A DNA stretch of 62,087 nucleotides, counting the filler, from Basidiobolus ranarum (taxonomy: Eukaryota): assembly GCA_040143965.1 (NCBI GenBank). It is 25 parts of 25 records of this genome, joined end to end, with 100 filler letters (N's around TTAATTAATTAA, not from the genome) between each part and the next. Parts side by side here need not be neighbours in the genome. Positions count along the whole stretch, not along the records: positions 49,796 to 52,175 come from JASJQH010003402.1; positions 52,276 to 54,654 come from JASJQH010003403.1; positions 54,755 to 57,132 come from JASJQH010003404.1; positions 57,233 to 59,610 come from JASJQH010003405.1; positions 59,711 to 62,087 come from JASJQH010003406.1; 20 more parts are not named here. The stretch is one strand, 5' to 3'. The notes beneath the pieces are model-generated. The model was given only the letters and a program-made list of their open reading frames with translations, made no database searches and was not told the origin of the DNA. The position numbers were made by a program, and so were the translations under genes. Position 1 is the stretch's first letter; each line of letters begins with the position of its first letter. This document shows, piece by piece, positions 49,796 to 62,087 of the stretch.

Positions 49796-52175
49796 TTACG
49801 GCATCAACTCACATTGGCAGATCTCAAGCAGATACAGCAACTGTGCAAAGATTTTGTAATTGGATATGAAAAACTTTATTACAGGTTTAAAGAAGATAGA
49901 CTGAATATATGCTGGTATTTAATACATTCCCTGCTGCATCTTTGACAATGCTCAGAGATTATAAGCCCTTGTTACACATTCTGGGAGTACCCAATGGAGC
50001 AAACCTGTGATGAAATGATATCCCCTACTTGCAGTTAACAAATGTCCTTCCACAAGTAGATATGTCAATGCTTGAATAGATTACCCCATGGCTAAATAAA
50101 TAATATTGCATATCTTGATCTATCTTACCAAGAAGTCTGCCATGCAGCTTTCCTAGATATACCAACAGATTATACACTAACATATTAGACTAAAATATAG
50201 AGGTACTTACTCTGTGTCCACTGATCGGGCTTTGTTGCTGTTATGGTGCTAAAACAATGCAATAACCCATGAGCACATTGAGAAGAGCCCTTTGTTGGAA
50301 GGTTAATATACTATGGAGTCTTCATAACCCATCACATTACATCCATCACTGATTGTGCTGATACATTGTTAAGCAGATTAGCATATAGTCATACTGACAA
50401 TGTCACTTGGAGCATCATTTCACCACTGGTGTGCCCCATTGGTAACTCCCAGGATGTATAGCAAGGGCCTATAATCTCTAGGCATTGTGAAAGATGCAGC
50501 AGAGAATGTATTGAATACAGGCATAGACTTGGTCTATTTTCTTCAAACCTGAAATAAAGTTTTTCATATCAAATCACAATATCTTTGCAGAGTTGCTCTA
50601 GCTACATGATATGTGCCAATGTGAGTTGATACCATAAGAGTATATTAACAATATCCACAATCAACTCCCACATTGCCTATACTCATCAGGCAGAAATCTT
50701 TCCTTGATTTCTCTTGAATACATACAAATTCAATACTTCTAGTCTTTGCATTTGGATAAATGCCTAGATGAGTGGATATTGTTGGAGACCTGGTAAAATA
50801 TGATGGTATCTTGATGGTATCTTGATGGTTTCAAGCATTTTCCCAATTGTTTCTAACTTTAATCCTATCTGGACTTATTCATACATATTGGATTTTCTAC
50901 TATATAGCTGAGTAAGTATTATTGGAATGTTGTTGAATAGTATATACATAGTGCCTAATGGGAATCTATGGCTCCAGCTAATCCCCTTTAGCAATATATT
51001 CTTAGGCTTATGGCTGATAACAAATTTGATGTTAGAGTGGCTACTTGGTGAATTGATATCAGTGAGCATGTTGTAATCTTAACAGGTTCATGATGGTAAA
51101 ATCATGCAGTTTAGTGTTATACTTGGATAGTAGTAATGTGTATGCCTGATAGAGTAAACTTTGTTTATTTGGCACAATCTACAGTACAATATTACATTGT
51201 GGCCACAAAAACCTCCAGGTTTACTGATGGCAGGAGCTTCACCAATACATACAATGATATTAGCTTTAATAAACTATTCACCTATCAAAATCCCATTAGA
51301 TAACCATTCAAATGCTGCAATCAAAGGCCCCAAGAAGCTATCTATAAACAATGGTGAGTTAGGTCCAGATATGATAGATAGTGTCAAAATATGATGACTA
51401 ATATACTGCTCAGAAGGAGTAAGATTTAGTTAATTAAATATATTGGCCAGCAGGCCTAACCAACAGTATAGTTGTTTAGTGAGAAATCATCCAGAGCCAA
51501 TGCAAATGCATGATCATATATGTTCTCAAAGAAACTTGACTTTTCAGATTCTGGTAGTGATATCCAGCAAGTATATTGAAAGTAGCATCCACTTTATGGT
51601 GAGTACTTTGTTATTGGATCAATGATCTATATTTAGGTGATTGCATCAAACCTTAAGATGGGGAATCAATGGTATCTAAGCCAAATATGAACAATTTTTA
51701 CCTGATTTACTGATTGGCAATTGTGTGCAAACTGTACATGATTTCAGGTTTTTCAGATCACCAGTAAAAGCCAAACAACCATTGGGATATGAAGTTTGTT
51801 CAATTACTGAAGAATTATAAGTCATGGAGTTGACAAGTGTTTTCAACTTGTACCAGGTCTGTGGCAAGCAACAGTTGCTAATCAGCTGTGGTAAACATGT
51901 AACAAAATTAATCAACATCTGGTTGCTAAGATTTTATTGAACTCTCCACTCCTCAATAATCAAAGCTGCCTCCTTTACAGTAAGTGTTATGAATGAACTA
52001 ATACTTGCCAATAACAAAAACCACTTTCTTCTTCTTCAACTTTGGATATGCTACCATCAGTACTTGAATAACAAGGCCAACATCTAGCAGCATGTCCTTA
52101 AAGTTGTCTGGACTTATTGGTTTGACCAAAGCAGCAGTTCTACCCACATCAATCTGGTCATATAACTGTGGTAAC
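49796..52175 (-). pseudogene. CMC/EnSpm transposase core (minus, about 50020..52175), plus a short inverted piece (49796..50020)
   Basis: ALALDDF, LSIISGPNSP..DSFLGPLI, CIGEAPAISK..GHN..YCRLC and GPCYTSWELPMG follow the EnSpm DDE layout, decayed. Confidence 0.85.
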
Positions 52176-52275
52176 NNNNNNNNNNNNNNNNNNNNNNNNN
52201 NNNNNNNNNNNNNNNNNNNTTAATTAATTAANNNNNNNNNNNNNNNNNNNNNNNNNNNNNNNNNNNNNNNNNNNN

Positions 52276-54104
52276 CTAGCTCAGAATGAATCCGGGCAAA
52301 GTTCTGAGTGGATTAAATCTCTCTAGAGCTTGAAAATAGCTGTCTGTGATGTTTTCCATATATTCAAGCTTCACACAGACCCCATTTAGTAATATTTCCA
52401 ATTTCTGAGCCCAAAACAGCTGATTTTAGTTCATTTGGGTCAGCTTTTGTTCCCTAACGTGGCCTAATCTTTTATGCCTTTCTTGAGAGCTTATTTCACT
52501 GGTTTTGGCTAAGTTTGCATGCACAGAGTGCAATTTGTTGATATCTAGCTTTTAAACTTTTGAGTTTTGATTCCAGTATCTGATTTGCTATTATTCTGAT
52601 CTGTGATAGTGCATCCAGCCTAACTGAACACAAAGTTTAGCCCTTGAGTTGTTGCCTGGCTTAACGAGAGTAGATTCTTGGCTATATTTGATACATAGAG
52701 TATATACTCCAATTTTGTAGATGGCCTAGCTAAATTCTGGCCTAAATTGAGTACAACTGTGCCTTTACCAACTGCATCTAGTGCATATTCATCACCTTAG
52801 TGGACTTTCCATGTTTGCATTGGTTTTAAGCTGGAAACCAATCTTTCCTGTTTGACATATGCTGGGAGGCTCCTGAATCAATATACCATGTTTCTGAGTC
52901 TTTATGAGTGGTCACTGATAGGGCAGACACAAATAGATGATCCCTATCAGTGCTTACTTGATGTGCTTGTTCTGATTTTACCTTTTTGGCACAAATCCTT
53001 TTTCTGCAATCTTTGACAATATGGCCTGGTTTCTTGCAATACTTGCAGATGTTTGATTTCCTTTTAAGGGCACCATTACTGAAGCCTGTTGGATGTTTTA
53101 CGGCTCCAAAAAATGCCAGTTCTGTATTATTTTGCAGGGAATTAGATCTCCTGAATTTGTCATTCAAAAGCCTAGCACCTACATATTCCATTGTTAATGG
53201 CTCTGATCTTGAATCTAGGGCAATCATCAAGTTCTCAAACTGATTTGGCAGCCTCCCAAGTAGTGTCATGACTAGGTCATCTTCATATAGAGGTGCTCCA
53301 ATGGATGAGAACTGATCTGCCTTAATTTTTATCTGGTTTATATGATTAAGCTTAGACTCATCAGACTTTATCTGAATTGAGAATAATTTTCACCTAAGAT
53401 ATTGCCTATTTGCCAGACTTTTAGTCTCATATAGTCCCGCAAGTGTTTTCCAAACATTTTGGACATATTTAGCTGATTGTCTGTGTCTCAATTGAGAGTC
53501 TCTGAGATGTAGACAAACTGTAGCAAGTGCTTTCCTCTGCTCCTTGTGAAAGGCAAGGATAGCTTCTGGTGGTCCCTTTGGATCTATTTCTTCTCTTGTA
53601 ACAAATCCTCAAAGCTCCTTGTCTTCTAAAACCATTTGCATCTTGAACTTCGAAAAGTGAAAGTCTTCACCATCAAACTTCTCTATGGATACAAAAATTT
53701 TGGTAATAGTACTGGTAGACATTCCTTTAACAGCTAGCTTGGGGCTCATAACCTGATAAAAGTGTTTAGGGAATTTGAAAGGGTTGTGGACAAGATTTGT
53801 ATTTTGTATCACACACTCAAGTGTTAATGAGTTGAATATATCCTATTTATAGTTTACTATATAATAGGACTATTGAGCATGCTTAGATCATAACAAATAT
53901 GCCAGTTAAGCATGGGTGAAAATTTTAGACGATTTGGAGAAGTTTTGAGAAAATAGTGAAAATTGGTCAAAGTGATCTAAATGATAATTTTAGCAATTAG
54001 AGTGATAAACACATGTTCTTGAATGACTAAATTGAATGCTAAACAATAAGAACATGAATTAATTAACTACTAAATAATGAGTTGTGATATACCTAATTTC
54101 AACA
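52276..54104 (-). mobile_element. Copia family-B 5' LTR (53754..54104), PBS, gag and protease
   Basis: LTR TGTTGAAA..TTTATCA; PBS GGTTATGAGCCCC (53741..53753); IEKFDGEDFHF, CKYCKKPGHIVKDC and WYIDSGASQHM. Inserted in a CMC copy. Confidence 0.92.
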
Positions 54105-54654
54105 ATGCAATAGGTTAAAGAGACTCCAGAGTATACAACCTTCCAACAAATGGCTCTTTTCAATGTGCTCATGGGTTTTCACATTTTTAGAGCACAATTA
54201 CAGCAACAAAGCCCAATCCAGGGACACAGAGTAAGTACCTCTATAATTTGGACTAATTTGTTTGTGAAATAATCCAAGGGTATTTCTAAGAAAGCTGCAA
54301 GACAGACTTCATGGTGAGATAGATGGATACACCCAGTACAATTGTTTTGGCCATGGGGAATTCTATTCAAGCAATAACACATCTACTTGTGGCAGGATAT
54401 TTGTTGACTGCAAGTTAGGAATATATTGGCTGAATTCTTTATGGAAATTTGCCGCAATCCAAGAGCTTATTCTCATTGTGAACTGTAAAAAGAGTCAGCT
54501 ATTTGCCAAGTGTCAGTGCTATTCAAAATTTCAGATGTTTAGCAATTTTTCCACTGTTAGTTTGCTGGTAAAGCATATTGATGTTGTTGAGTCATGTCTG
54601 CTCAGGCAAGTATGTACATATGTAGAGACTAAACACAGCAAGATTCTTGTATTT
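54105..54654 (+). mobile_element. CMC transposase 3' fragment
   Basis: Homologous to 12767..13255 and 28115..28670. Confidence 0.85.
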
Positions 54655-54754
54655 NNNNNNNNNNNNNNNNNNNNNNNNNNNNNNNNNNNNNNNNNNNNTT
54701 AATTAATTAANNNNNNNNNNNNNNNNNNNNNNNNNNNNNNNNNNNNNNNNNNNN

Positions 54755-54896
54755 GATCAGCTCTATCAGTTGAGAAAATGAAAACATCATCAACAAACAC
54801 TAAGGCATAGCTAGCATCTTTGAGAACGATAGTCAATACTCTTTGAAACTTGCTGGTCAATGTCTTGAGTTCAATCCAAATCAATTTATTGAGCAT
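54755..54896 (-). mobile_element. Ty3/Gypsy RT fragment
   Basis: FQRVLTIVL..YALVFVDDVFIFS. Confidence 0.6.
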
Positions 54897-55699
54897 ACAT
54901 ATTAAAATGACTCAAAGCTGAATGTATTATGCTTGATCACACTATAGGAAATTAACTAGGAAATTAACTTGTTAATACTTACATTATCCTATCTTCACCG
55001 TTTAGTGCATCATGCAAAATTGATATGGATTGGAGTTAAATATAGCATAAATTGCTTTAGTTAGATCACAATTGCTTATGTGTTTATGAATCACTGATAG
55101 TGTGAAATTGTCATATTTCAAAAAAATCAATGATAGCCTATTAATACAAGCAATTTCACTACAATCAAATGAAAAATGTCTGTCAATAAAAAGCTTGCAC
55201 AGCTATGTTGGCTCAATATGGCTCAATCCATTCACATTTTCACCCAATTAGAAGCTTACACAATTGAATGAATAATTTGCGGATCTAAAAATGATGAATC
55301 AAGCAATCCTGATCACTACTATCATGCTGCAGATCAATCCATCATCATGTGCTGTGATTTGTCACCAGTGTGCCCAAACTACTGGTGTTTTGTAATGCAG
55401 GAGCTATTGTGCCCAATTGAAAATCAGGATACTGTGTTAGTGAGGGACAAATGATTGGCCTAAAAGCATGTAAATGTCTTGGTTATACATTTCATTGGGT
55501 AAGTTACAGTATAAATTGTTCATTATTACACATTCAGTAATTTGTATATAACATACTTTGTCAGTTACTCAAAATTGTAATTTGGCAATAATAAATTGGG
55601 TAACTTGGTACGCACTGGCACAACATCTCCAATAAAAGCATTGTGTCCAATTGTGGTGGCATAGTGCCATATTGTTCCTTATAGTATCTTATTGAGTGT

Positions 55700-57132
55700 T
55701 ATAGGACCCAGTTATGGTAATTGACAGATTGCACCAGATGGTGTACTGGCAGGCTGGATTAAGTAGCACAATCTGACCTGGTCCGATGGAATAAGTCTGG
55801 TCAATTGCAAGTGGATTAAAATGTGATGGTTTTCCTACAATGACAATCTTCAAATTTCTGTTAGGGTATAGCATTGTAGCAGGAAAGTATAGAGAAAATC
55901 ATTTTCTGGGCCTCAATCAAAGTTAGGCAAAGTAGTCAAAATCTTGATTAATTCTCAATACATTCGTACTCAAATATATTCATTGAGAGCTCTAGACTTA
56001 AGATACTATGAATAAAGCCTCCATCATCTTTTGAATGTGCAATAATGTCTATAAGCACTTTTCCTAAATACACCACATAAGTAAAACTACTTTTTCTCAG
56101 ATGGTAATTAACAGCATGCCAGATAGTTCACAATTGTGCCAATTTGTGCTGGCACACTTTTTAGCTGGCCTGATCTGGCCCATTAAAATTGAACATGTCT
56201 AATCAACAGAAGCTTTACAAAGAGTTGTCCTAACTCTGAATGCTGTCAAGTTAGATATAAAGATAAATCTGATTTAAGTATTTGAGGATCTTTGAATGCA
56301 TTTTGTTTGTCAAAATTGAAGCCAAAAATCAGCTCATATATGATGAAAAATGTGGAATATGCACACTTCTGGGTTATTGTATAGAAGTCAGGTGTACAGA
56401 CTCTATGATACCAAGGTGTGAGGGTAATGCAGGTTCAGGGATGTTGGTTTGTAGGAATGGCACAGCCTTTAACAAAATCCTAACAGAAATTTGAGGATTG
56501 TTTTTGTAGAAAACCATCACAATTTTAATCCATTTGCGATTGACCATTTTTTTACCTTCATAAAATCAACAAGTTAGATTGATTTTAATAATTTTTTTCA
56601 GTTTCAGGAGTGAAATTTCAAGATCTGGCAAAATAGTTGCACATGATTGGCTACGATCTCAGAGAACAATGGATCAACACATGTGCAAAAAACGTAACTC
56701 AAATTTTACACATTTACTACTTGAATGCTAATTTGTCAACTTTAACATCCCTAGTTTCTTTGCTATATTATCCTGAAAATTTTTTTAGAGTGCCTCATAC
56801 CCATGTATTAGCTCATATACAACATGAGTTTGTATCAATATCTACATCAAAGCCCACCATTGTATTAACATTGCTGAATCAACATACTTTAAGCTATCTG
56901 GCAGAAACCCTGCAATATTGTGTGACCCAGATATCTGCACAGTTAAAACCAGACTGAATGTCAAGTTGAATGTTCTTCTTCTGAAGGCACTTACTGCATA
57001 CTTGCACAGTGTTTTTCCCTTCATACTTTTGAGAATACTCCTCAAGCACTTTGACTATCCTTATATGCCCTTGTAATGTGACACTACAGAGGGTGCTTTG
57101 CAGTGTTTGTGCAGCTTTTTGCTTGCCTTAAA
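55700..57132. mobile_element. Inverted CMC left end (to 55866), IS5-like 3' end (about 55870..56200), Copia integrase scrap, CMC left end (from 56478)
   Basis: AAATTTCTGTTAGGG ends at 55866; reverse homology to 32860..33185; TCCTAACAGAAAT at 56478. Confidence 0.75.
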
Positions 57133-57232
57133 NNNNNNNNNNNNNNNNNNNNNNNNNNNNNNNNNNNNNNNNNNNNTTAATTAATTAANNNNNNNNNNNN
57201 NNNNNNNNNNNNNNNNNNNNNNNNNNNNNNNN

Positions 57233-59040
57233 TGCATACATGTTCCTGGGACCTTTCTTAACACATTCTACATGTGAGTTTGTTTATGTCTTGACAAAAC
57301 TATAAATGTCAACTTTCCACTCAATACATAAACAACTGAAAATCACCAATTCTTCAAATTCTCCAAAGCACTTCCAACAGGCTCCCAAATACATTAACAT
57401 AGTATTGGCTCAAGATTCCAGAACTGAAAGTTTGACCATAAATTATATGTTTGGCAAACTCCAGGATGTGTATATATATGCACCTTAGGAACCAGCTAAA
57501 AGAATGAAGCAAATGTTTTGATATGCTATGTGACACCTTCCTGTAAATGTCAAAAGCACTTTAAGAAGAAAGGTAACACATTCTGTGATCACTGTAGACC
57601 ATTTGCCATATAAGTAAACATTGCTTTAAAACAGCTGCAAGAGAAGACAAACATACTGAATATGGCAATGGGATTGCAGCATAAGATCACTTGTTCATAT
57701 CTGCAATCTCTGTGACTACCAATCAGGATTCTCAGACTTGACATATTCATTTTGGATCCTCTTGACATTTCACAGTTAAAAATATTGATATGCGGCCTAT
57801 GAAGATATCCCTATTAAAAGTTTTCTAATGGGAGATGACCATACATTGGATACCATATAAATGGGACAATGCAGTAAATTATGTCATAATTTGTGAGCAA
57901 AATCTGTTGCTATAGCAATGAATTTAAGGAAAAGGAATTATACAAGAAACATGTTTTACACCATATGAAGCCTTATTTAGAGTAAAACCTGAAGTAAGAC
58001 ATTTGAGGATTTTTGGATACGTTACATGAGTAAGAATCTTGACCAAAAATTGGTCTAAATTTGATTCAAAATGTAAGAAGTACACATTTCTGGGTTATTG
58101 TACTCAAACTAAAGCCTTCAAACTCTGTGATACCAAAATTTCAAAGTTAATGAAGTCCAGGGATGTATTGCTTGAGGAAAATGAAATACTTTCACCTTAT
58201 ACAATCTCAGATGAGGACAATAAAATATTTCTCCTGATCAAATAATTCAGATTGAGTCAAAGCAACATAATCAAGCAAATAGCATTGCTGTGCGCCCTTC
58301 AACTAGAATGTAAGCTAGTGAAATGCCCAATACAATGCCATAAGTGATAATACCTTTAGTCAAAGTATTTGAGAGTCTGTTAGAAGTGGTTTGAAGAATT
58401 AGAAGAATTGTTGGTTTTCACTTGTTGATTTATTGAGTAGAAAATGACATTTATAGTTTTGTGACAATGTAAACAAACTAATGTGTGGAACATGTGAAGG
58501 AAGGTTCCAGGAAAATGTATGCAGAGTTTGGGGATTCTAGCACAAGTTTGAAAAATATGCATATCTGAGAACATCTAACTCAGTAAAAATATTGTAAGTA
58601 AATTGCTAAAGAGAGTAAGTGCTTATATCTTAGTGAAATATAAGATAACTAAGCACTAAGCTATATATGACTATGTTGGCACTTAGGCAATGCTAACTTC
58701 AACATTCACCCTCAACTTAATAGTCATATAAGCTAATTGCAATAAAGGTCTAAATTTCTCAAATTTCTGTCTAGCTGATGGTATGGTTAATATATCAGGA
58801 ATTATGTCTTCTGTAGAGCAATAAGTTAGGTAAATAAACTGATTCTCTATAGACTTTCTAATTAAGTCATACTTAATATCTACATGTTTGCTTTTATTGT
58901 GAAACATGAGATTTTTAGCTGATTTGATACAACCTAGATTGTTTTGAAATATTGTAGTTGGTGAATTTTGAGAATAACCCAAATCTGTTCAGAGTTTTCT
59001 TAACCATATTGCTTTTTTTGTTGTTTCAGAGGCAGCCGGT
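57233..59040. mobile_element. Copia family-A relics in both orientations; minus-strand RNase H end, PPT and 3' LTR (58358..58704)
   Basis: HNKSKHVDIKY; the PPT AGTTGAGGGTGAA abuts TGTTGAAG. Confidence 0.82.
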
Positions 59041-59041
59041 A

Positions 59042-59610
59042 CTCTAACAATAATGAAATTGATTTGATCCAGATTGGATCCACCCTTTAAATCACAAATG
59101 CATCAGAGAACTGTCTCAATATTAGTGGCTTGCATTCTGCCAGGAATTTTGATAGAGTGAAGGCAGCTTCTTGATGGTTTTAAAATGGTATTCATACATG
59201 TTTAAATATTGATCCTCTTATTTGGCATGCATTAGTTATCTCCGGCAATTTCTGCAAAGATAAAGTTTTCAAATGGCAAATTACTGAGTATACTGCTGTA
59301 TGAATTTGAATTAATATACATGCTTTTATTTAGACATTTTTGGCTTTGTATTCCAGCCATAATGAGTATCAAAAAATGCAAGAATCTTGTGGTGCTTAGT
59401 CTCTACATATGCATGTACTTGACTGATCAGACAGAACTCAACAACATCAATATGCTCAACCAGCAAACTAAATGGTGGAAAAATTGCTAAACATCTGATA
59501 TTTTGAATAGCACTGACACTTGGCAAATAGCTGACTCTTGTTACCATTCACAATGAGAATAAGCTCTTGGATTTTGGCAAATTTCCATAAAGAATTCAGC
59601 CAATATATCC
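59042..59610 (-). mobile_element. CMC right end
   Basis: Decayed terminus CTCTAACAATAAT; homologous to 36484..37050. Confidence 0.83.
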
Positions 59611-60711
59611 NNNNNNNNNNNNNNNNNNNNNNNNNNNNNNNNNNNNNNNNNNNNTTAATTAATTAANNNNNNNNNNNNNNNNNNNNNNNNNNNNNNNNNN
59701 NNNNNNNNNNGTATGCTATGCCTATATTGCTAGGGAACCTTAACCTAGTCTGTCAATGTATGGTACTTTGGCATTTCAGCTTTACAAGCAACTGATTGGC
59801 CTTAGACTTTGTGTTCAGATGAAGTCACCATACTCAATATTTTCCTCTTTGGGAATTACAGCTTGTACCACAAGTCACCAGACTTTCAACAAAACCAACT
59901 TGGAAAATGATACATGGGAAATAGATACTGGAATTAGGCTAAAGTTGGAATTGGAGACTATCTTTCAATATTATCCAAATTTAGAAAATATCACATCTGG
60001 GACAAGGTCTAAAACATCAGTCACCAATGATTGTATGACAAAGCTCCAATGATTACCAATTCCTGTGGTCACTATTCCTAGCAGAAAACCAACAAGCTAT
60101 AATCCTATCTCAAACTTCACTACAAATACTGAAACCAAGGAAAACAAACTACTACATGATATTCTGGAATCAAGCAGCTATACAAGTAGTGAAACATTAG
60201 GCAGCTCCGGAAATGCACCAATTTATACCAGAAAACCTGATAATTACTCTGGGGATACTGATAATTTGGAACCAGCTTCTGGAAAGCAGCATAATATATA
60301 TTCAATGAAAAATATTGTAATCCAAAAAAGGATATTTTTCCAGCCAAACAGGAATCAAGAAACTGGGCTCAGAAACAAGGCAATAATTTTCTAATCAATT
60401 GCATACCTATGAAATATCCTACTCCCAATTTGGCTGATATTGGATACAATATATTATTGGAAGTATGCAATCAATCAGAACAAGTACTCAATCAATCACA
60501 AAACCCAGGCAATCATGTCTGAAAAATCCTACCAAGTGGAAATCAGAAACATCCTATAAGTGAGACATCTGACCATTCTACTAAGGACTATGGATGTCTC
60601 AAAGCAGAGCATGAAATCAACAGATTCAATTCAGAAAAAGGGTGGAATATATCTGCATGTATAGCATTTTCCAAACCAGAAAATTTAACACAAGCTCTGA
60701 AATCTGTTGAA

Positions 60712-62087
60712 GTGACAGAATGGAGAAAAACGACTGATGATGAAATTCACTCCCCAACCAAGAATAACACATGGAACCTTGTGGACTTACCTACTGGAAG
60801 AAAGACTATTGCAAATAGATGTGTGCCGAAATTGAAACTTAACTTAGATGGATCTATCAACTGGTATAAAGCAAAATTAGTAGTAAAAGGCTATGCTCAG
60901 AAACATGTCATTGACTATGATGAAACATTTTCTCCTGTAAATAAGTTTACCTCAATCAGAGTAATTCTAGCCATTGCTACCCACCAAGGAATGCTGATTG
61001 AACAAATGGATGTTAAGACATCATTACTAATGGAGAAATTGATGATGCTATATAGTTGGATCAAGCAGAGAGATATGTTGCAAAAGGAAAAGGACATCAA
61101 GTATGCAAGCTACAGAGAAGTCTATATGGCCTGAAACAAGCTCCTTGTGCATGGATTACCAAAGTCAATCAGATCTTCATGAAAAATCTTTTCCATCATA
61201 GCAAAGCTGATCACTGTATATACTGCAAGACTATCAAAGCCATCAAAGTCATAATTGCACTCTATGTTAATGATATCATAATACTTAGTAATTGCTCAAA
61301 TCTGATGAAACAAACTAAGACCTGGCCATCTACCAAATTTGAAATGCAAGATCATGGATCACTAGCATATTATCTTGGAATGCAGATACATCAAAATTTC
61401 ACTATTGGAACACTCTGTATTACACAAGAAAAATATATTGGTGGTGGTCTAAACAGATTCAATATTTCAGAATGTAAAACAGCTTCAAATCCTCTGTGTA
61501 TCCTGATATTCACTAAGGACATCAAACCAAAGGCCTCTGAAGATATTGAAATCAAGAAACATATTCCTTACTGTAGTGCAATTGGAAGTCTCATATATGC
61601 AACTACTGGCACTAGGCCTGATATTGCTACAGCAGTAAGCATAGTAAGCAAATGTATGGAAAATCCTACAATGGAACATTGAATAGCCATGAAACAAATA
61701 ATACACTATCTGAAAGGAACAATACATCATAGAATTCAATTTAGTAAGCAGTACAACATGTCACTTATTTTAGAAGGATATGCTGATGCAGACTGGCTAA
61801 TGATGTAGAAGACTGTGAGTCCCAAACTGGATATGTGTTTAAACTGGCAGGTGAGCCACTCAGTTGGATTAGCAAGAAACAACAAAGTGTTGCATTATCA
61901 GCTACAGAAGCAGAATATATGGCAATCTCTGTGGCTGTTCAAGAAGCTATATGGCTAAGGAGTGTTCTCAAGGAACTAGGATATGATCAAGTTAATCCTC
62001 CCCCAATATATCAAGATACTATAAGTTGTATTCAGAGCACCAAAAATCCTGAGCATCACTCAAGGATTAAGCATATTGACCTAAGAC
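60712..62087 (+). mobile_element. Copia RT-RNase H, frameshifted
   Basis: NNTWNLVDLP, KAKLVVKGYAQ, QMDVKT, SLYGLKQAP, LYVNDII (YVDD mutated), TRPDI, YADADW and SATEAEY. Confidence 0.93.

Noticed and set aside
2399-59710. TTAATTAATTAA recurring every ~2.5 kb as a biological or CRISPR-like array
   Set aside because: Always centred in exactly 88 Ns; it is an artificial concatenation linker. ORF tails ending XXXLIN are artefacts.

Overview
The window is not one locus. It is 25 unlinked contigs of steadily decreasing length (2398 to 2377 bp), joined by 24 artificial 100-bp spacers (N44-TTAATTAATTAA-N44), so adjacency across a spacer means nothing. The source looks like an AT-rich, repeat-laden early-diverging (non-Dikarya) fungus. 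This is inferred from a HAL-type kinase, short spliceosomal introns and a gamma-secretase subunit; a Basidiobolus-like host is only a guess. Most contigs are decayed, nested, CpG-depleted transposons: several Ty1/Copia and Ty3/Gypsy families, an IS5/Harbinger-like DDE relic, and an abundant CMC/EnSpm (CACTA-type) DNA transposon. That transposon can be tiled from overlapping copies (about 5.2 kb, CCCTAACA(A/G)AAAT termini, two divergent ORFs). Host genes are a HAL-family kinase, tandem secreted CHAP-domain hydrolases of bacterial type, a three-exon PEN-2 gene missed by the ORF track that needs an AT-AC intron, a HeH/LEM-domain C-terminus, a tandemly duplicated secreted protein with Cys-bounded LGI repeats, a GPI-anchored mucin-like protein, a CNT nucleoside transporter, and a divergent cytochrome c. 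One contig holds five tRNA genes around a small secreted His/Tyr-rich peptide ORF. All calls are by eye; no database searches were run.
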